This document shows positions 14,801 through 16,966 of a stretch of DNA of 16,966 bases, one piece after another. How positions within the stretch are numbered: position 1 is the stretch's first letter; every line of letters starts with the position of its first letter. The notes beneath the pieces were generated by a model. That model did no database searches, was not told where the DNA came from, and saw only the letters and a list, made by a program, of their open reading frames with translations. Origin of the DNA: Myxococcota bacterium (GTDB lineage Bacteria > Myxococcota_A > UBA796 > UBA2385); assembly GCA_044344255.1 (NCBI GenBank), contig JBIJDH010000053.1, positions 1-16,966 of the forward strand. Direction: 5' to 3'. The position numbers and the translations under genes are program-made.

Positions 14801-16031
14801 TGGAGGAATACCCCTGCGCCCCGACGATCACGTCGTCGTAGCCATCCCCGTTCACGTCCCCCGCGCCCGCCACCGAAGCGCCGAAGTAGTTGTTGGTCGC
14901 TCCCCCGGTCAGCGTCGTCGCCGCGGTCGTGGACACCCCGCTCGCCGACCCCGCGTAGATATAGGCCCTGCCCGTGTTCGAGGAATACCCGTACGCCCCG
15001 ACGATCACGTCGTCGTAGCCATCCCCGTTCACGTCCCCCGCGCCCGCCACCGAATAGCCGAATTTGTTGGAAGTCGCTCCCCCCGTCAGCGTCGTCGCCG
15101 CGGTCGAGGACACCCCGCTCGCCGACCCCGCGTAGACATAGACCCGGCCCGTTCGCGTGGAATACTCAGACGCCCCGACGATCACGTCGTCGTAACCATC
15201 CCCGTTCACGTCCCCCGCGCCCGCCACCGAATAGCCGAAGTAGTCGTAAGTCGCTCCCCCGGTCAGCGTCGTCGACGCGGTGCTGTAGACCGGATCGATC
15301 TGCACCGGGTACCGAGCGCCCGCGTCCTCCACCCACACCCGGAAACCCTCGTCCGTCGCTTCGAAGCGGGCCGGCAGCGGCGTTCCATCCGCATCCCAGG
15401 CCAGCAGCCCGCTCACCGTCAGCAGCCCACCTGCGTCCCCTTGCAGCCAGAGCGTGTCCTCCCCCACCGTGACCTCGGCGCCCTCCACCGCCACGCTCAC
15501 CACAAGCGGCCCGCCGCCGGGTGGGGCCGCCTCCACCGTCCACCCCTGCTCGAAGCCCTCCGCCCGGCTCGTCCACCACTCGGTCAGGCCCGCGCCGCCG
15601 TACTCCAGCCGCCGCACGCAGTCTCCGCCGGGCTCCTCCATGTCCTCGATGCAGGCCCCCAGGCTGGGCGCCCCGGGCAGGACGGCCTCTCCCTCGCCAC
15701 GACCGATGGTGGTGGTGCGCACGACGAGCTCGTCGTCCTGAAGCCCGATCCGCGCGCCGTCTGCGTCAAAGTGGCCCACCAGCCCGAGCTCCGGCACCTC
15801 CGCCGAAAAGGCCTCCCCGTCGGGCACGAAGGCGTGCGCGGCGTCGCGGATGCGGGCCTCGACCTCGGCCATCCAGGCGTCGCCTGTGCCGGCCGGCGCT
15901 CCCGCAGGCGGAGGCACGACGGCCTCCGACTCCGACTCCGACTCAGAATCGGACTCTGCGGGGCCCTGTGACCCGCAGGCGGTGAGGAAGAAGGCGGAGA
16001 ACACCACCGAAGCGGCGAACCAGGGGCGCAT
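8715..16031 (-). CDS. Giant cell-surface repeat protein (about 2438 aa): lipobox, N-terminal beta-rich domain, 5 FG-GAP repeats, many MopE-related Cys/Asp repeats, MYXO-CTERM-like tail
   Basis: Uninterrupted ORF. ATG at 16031 with AAGGAG 8 nt upstream gives MRPWFAASVVFSAFFLTA|C. Contains 'FG.SVAGAGDVNGDGYDDVIVGA' x5 (the last copy reads LG) and 'DCDD....NPGA.EVCD....DEDCDG..DD' + 'YVD.DGD.YG' modules. Ends 'GGGKGCGCATPGG...WLGLLLGLTTLGLRRRRAA'. Confidence 0.93.
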   Translation of the reverse strand: MRPWFAASVVFSAFFLTACGSQGPAESDSESESESEAVVPPPAGAPAGTGDAWMAEVEARIRDAAHAFVPDGEAFSAEVPELGLVGHFDADGARIGLQDDELVVRTTTIGRGEGEAVLPGAPSLGACIEDMEEPGGDCVRRLEYGGAGLTEWWTSRAEGFEQGWTVEAAPPGGGPLVVSVAVEGAEVTVGEDTLWLQGDAGGLLTVSGLLAWDADGTPLPARFEATDEGFRVWVEDAGARYPVQIDPVYSTASTTLTGGATYDYFGYSVAGAGDVNGDGYDDVIVGASEYSTRTGRVYVYAGSASGVSSTAATTLTGGATSNKFGYSVAGAGDVNGDGYDDVIVGAYGYSSNTGRAYIYAGSASGVSTTAATTLTGGATNNYFGASVAGAGDVNGDGYDDVIVGAQGYSSNTGRADVYAGSASGVSTTAATTLTGGATNNYFGASVAGAGDVNGDGYDDVIVGAYFYASVTGRADVYAGSASGVSSTASTTLTGGATSDRLGVSVAGAGDVNGDGYDDVIVGAYGYSSFTGRAYVYAGYADADGDGYAATLDCDDADAAVNPGATEVCDAANTDEDCDGLSDDADPSATGQSTFYADSDADGYGGPTAGSYCDLPSGYLATSTDCDDSAAAINPGATEVCDASNTDEDCDGLADDSDASVSSSTKSSFYVDADGDSYGTTSSAKYCDLPASGYATLSTDCDDIAAAINPAAAEVCDAANTDEDCDGLADDSDASVSSSTQSSFYVDSDGDSYGTTSSTKYCDLPASGYATVSTDCDDSAAAINPGATEVCDASNTDEDCDGTADDSDASVSSSTQSSFYVDSDGDSYGTTSSTKFCDLPASGYATVNTDCDDSAAAINPGATEVCDASDTDEDCDGSAEDSDASVSASTQSSFYVDSDGDDYGTTTSAKYCDLPVSGYATLSTDCDDSAAAINPGATEVCDASNTDEDCDGKADDSDSSVAASGKSSFYVDSDGDDYGTTTSAKYCDLPASGYATVNTDCDDSAAAINPGATEVCDASNTDEDCDGTADDLDGSVSASTKSSFYVDADGDSYGTTTSAKYCDLPASGYATLNTDCDDSAAAINPAATEVCDAANTDEDCDGKADDSDASVAASGKSSFYVDSDGDDYGTTSSAKYCDLPASGYATVNTDCDDSAAAINLGATEVCDASNTDEDCDGNADDSDASVAASGKSSFYVDADGDSYGTTSSAKYCDLPASGYATVNTDCDDSAAAINPGATEVCDASDTDEDCDGSADDSDASVSSSSKRSFYVDADGDSYGTTTSAKYCDLPASGYATVSTDCDDSAAAINPGATEVCDAANTDEDCDGLADDSDSSVSASGKSSFYVDADGDSYGTTSSTKYCDLPASGYATVNTDCDDSAAAVNPGATEVCDASNTDEDCDGLADDSDSSVAASGKSSFYVDADGDDYGTTTSAKYCDLPSSGYATVNTDCDDSAAAVNPGATEVCDASNTDEDCDGTADDSDASVAASGKSSFYVDADGDSYGTTSSAKYCDLPASGYATVSTDCDDSAAAINPGATEVCDASDTDEDCDGSADDSDASVAASGKSSFYVDADGDSYGTTTSAKYCDLPASGYATVNTDCDDSAAAVNPGATEVCDAANTDEDCDGTADDSDASVSASGKSSFYVDADGDSYGTTSSAKYCDLPASGYATVNTDCDDSAAAVNPGATEVCDASNTDEDCDGVADNSDSSALATTKGTWYHDVDGDGYAGTSTAAFCDAPSRYFASSTDCLDSDSSVHPGAAELTADGTDQDCDGLELCYVDQDGDGYRIDSTTPSSSLDCSSSGLALASAPGGDCDDTSTLYNPGVAETDCTDPNDYNCDGSVGYTDADGDSYAACEECDDTDAEIHPGATEVCDAANQDEDCDGLIDDGDSSVDPSTTSTFYVDGDGDGYAGPTTASFCDLPATGYGTAEEDCDDGDAAVNPGAAEICDAADQDEDCDGSADDADSRVDTATYTGAYVDGDGDGYGAAGVTVSCDLLPGYTAVGGDCDDAASAVNPGATEVCDAADTDEDCDGLADDLDSSVSAGSTGTLYADLDADGFGDAASPIPACDAAVGVVEDDTDCDDTDPDVNPDAIEVAGDGIDQDCDAAELCYVDADEDGYRVDDTVSSLDLDCAGSGEASDTTPDGDCNDADTAFHPDASETDCADPSDYNCDGSVGYTDADGDGFAACEECDDGLFAVNPDAIEVCNGLDDNCDTSTDGADAVGAADWFADLDEDSFTNESDRVTACDPPEGYAMGSAEADCDDDDASVNPDAIELPADALDSDCDTIELCYVDADTDGYRPDTTSTVESADLSCEEAGEAWGDDPTGDCDDSDPGAYPGATEVAGDGIDQDCDGIDAPDDTGSTDDTAVSTDDTGDNTDDSGTDTNDTGANAEDGSSGGGKGCGCATPGGAASEAGWLGLLLGLTTLGLRRRRAA
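10915..14165 (-). repeat. Intragenic tandem array of 225-bp (75-aa) units: 14 near-identical copies plus degenerate flanking units
   Basis: The marker TAGAAGCT recurs at 11101, 11326, 11551, 11776, 12001, 12226, 12451, 12676, 12901, 13126, 13351, 13576, 13801 and 14026. Degenerate equivalents are at 10876 and 14248. Boundaries are approximate. Confidence 0.95.
14418..15285 (-). repeat. Five tandem 177-bp (59-aa) FG-GAP / integrin-alpha-like repeats
   Basis: The marker AC(G/A)ATCACGTCGTCGTA occurs at 14470, 14647, 14824, 15001 and 15178. Each unit carries a DVNGDGYDD calcium-blade motif. Confidence 0.93.
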
Positions 16032-16149
16032 GGGCGGGACTCCTTCCGGGATGCGCCCGGTCCCCGGGCGTCGTATGCGGGGAGGAGTAGACAAGAGCCT
16101 ACTCGGCCTGTCAAGAGCAGGCCGCGATGTCTGCGAATCGCGACATGGG

Positions 16150-16198
16150 ACGCCCCCGAAGGGCGGTCCGACGGCCCCGAAGGGCGGTCCCACGGCCC
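16150..16198. repeat. 21-bp tandem repeat (2.3 copies) with internal CCC-CGAA-GGG mini-hairpins
   Basis: ACGCCCCCGAAGGGCGGTCCG / ACGGCCCCGAAGGGCGGTCCC / ACGGCCC, upstream of the giant gene. Confidence 0.75.
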
Positions 16199-16510
16199 TC
16201 GCTCAGCCCCCCGCCGACGCCCGACGCCCGTCGCGCGACTTCATGCTCGGCGTAGACACCTACGCGCGCCAACACGGCCTCGCGGGTGGCCACAGCGGCG
16301 AGGGCCTCCTCGGCGGCCTCGCCCCCTCCCAGGAGGCTCGTCGCCAGCCCCCTCGGGGTGGACCCCGGCCGGGCCCGTATGGGTGTCCACTCTGCCCCGC
16401 ACAGGGATGATCGAAGCGTCTACTGGAGTGGGCAGGCGTCACGGTTCTTCCTCGATAATTCTTGGGAGTCGGGCTGGCACGTCTCTCGCTTGTGGGGAGC
16501 CGAGGCTCCC

Positions 16511-16885
16511 ATGAATCACCGAAATACCCGCTCCCTCTCCGTCCTGCTCACCCTCCTCGCCTGTCGGCACCCCGAGAATGAGGAGACCTGCGCCCCGACC
16601 ATGCCTTCGTCCACTGAAGACAGCGCCGCTGAGCCTCAGGGAGAGGACACAGGCTCCCCCCCTGGGGGAGAGGACACCGCGCCCGCCAACGGTGATGGCG
16701 ATACCGGAGGAGACACCGCCGGAGGAGACACCGCCGGAGGAGACACCGCCGGAGGAGACACCGGCGCCGCCTCCGAAGAGGGCGATTCGGTCTATCCGTC
16801 GAGCCTGTTGACAGACGCGCAAGTAGAGGACTGGTGTGCCTCTGAGCTCAGATCAGAGTACCAGCTTGCAGAGCGAGGTTGTTGA
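16511..16885 (+). CDS. Putative lipoprotein with GGDTA linker repeats, probably C-terminally truncated (124 aa as read)
   Basis: ATG at 16511 gives MNHRNTRSLSVLLTLLA|C. A long acidic Gly/Asp/Thr linker is followed by only about 30 aa before the stop. Confidence 0.6.
   Translation: MNHRNTRSLSVLLTLLACRHPENEETCAPTMPSSTEDSAAEPQGEDTGSPPGGEDTAPANGDGDTGGDTAGGDTAGGDTAGGDTGAASEEGDSVYPSSLLTDAQVEDWCASELRSEYQLAERGC
16706..16763 (+). repeat. 15-bp tandem repeat GGAGGAGACACCGCC, about 3.9 copies (GGDTA)
   Basis: Exact copies at 16706, 16721 and 16736, and a partial copy at 16751. Confidence 0.95.
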
Positions 16886-16966
16886 GAGGGTGATCATCAC
16901 CTTGCCGATTCACCCGCTGGTAGGCCGATCGCTGCCATTCTTACGTGAAGTCCGGGATCGCGAGGG
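16866..16966 (+). CDS. Partial ORF running off the window, resembling DUF5372 / Y4bD-Y4pK-type small proteins of recombinase-carrying mobile elements
   Basis: Frame 3 reads '...QSTSLQSEVVERVIITLPIHPLVGRSLPFLREVRDRE', similar to the 'V.IT.P.HPL.G..L' N-terminal motif I recall for this family. GC is visibly lower here than in the rest of the window. Confidence 0.4.
   Translation, partial: MQSEVVERVIITLPIHPLVGRSLPFLREVRDRE

Noticed and set aside
16032..16193. N-terminal extensions in the ORF track (giant gene from 16193; likewise 2135, 3823, 4785, 5752, 6408, 6354 and 16286)
   Set aside because: Downstream starts have better RBS, signal-peptide position or gene coupling, and the extensions run through promoters, repeats or neighbouring genes.
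10915..16763. CRISPR array or diversity-generating retroelement explanation for the repeats
   Set aside because: The long repeats are in-frame coding units without unique spacers. There is no cas or reverse-transcriptase gene, and the differences are not adenine-specific.

Overview
This is a very GC-rich bacterial window, most likely from a Myxococcota/Deltaproteobacteria-type genome, inferred from a MYXO-CTERM-like tail and Cys/Asp-rich myxobacterial-type repeats. From left to right on the minus strand it carries an AraC-family regulator with a tandem direct-repeat site just downstream, a Cys-rich lipoprotein, a small ORF abutting a 248-bp element with IS4-like terminal inverted repeats, and a low-molecular-weight protein-tyrosine phosphatase. 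Next is a coupled minus-strand operon (Tat-signal Acg/nitroreductase-like protein, small beta-rich exported protein, TetR regulator) with two GTCAC-N6-GTGAC palindromes upstream. Divergent from it is a BlaI + sensor-less M56 peptidase + secreted protein module, bracketed by three copies of a 20-25 bp repeat. A ~2438-aa surface protein follows (lipobox, 5 FG-GAP repeats, about 16 tandem 75-aa Cys/Asp repeats, MYXO-CTERM-like tail). At the right edge, a lipoprotein gene appears to be cut by a lower-GC segment that may be the start of a mobile element. I saw no rRNA, tRNA or CRISPR array. All family assignments come from motif recognition by eye, not database searches.
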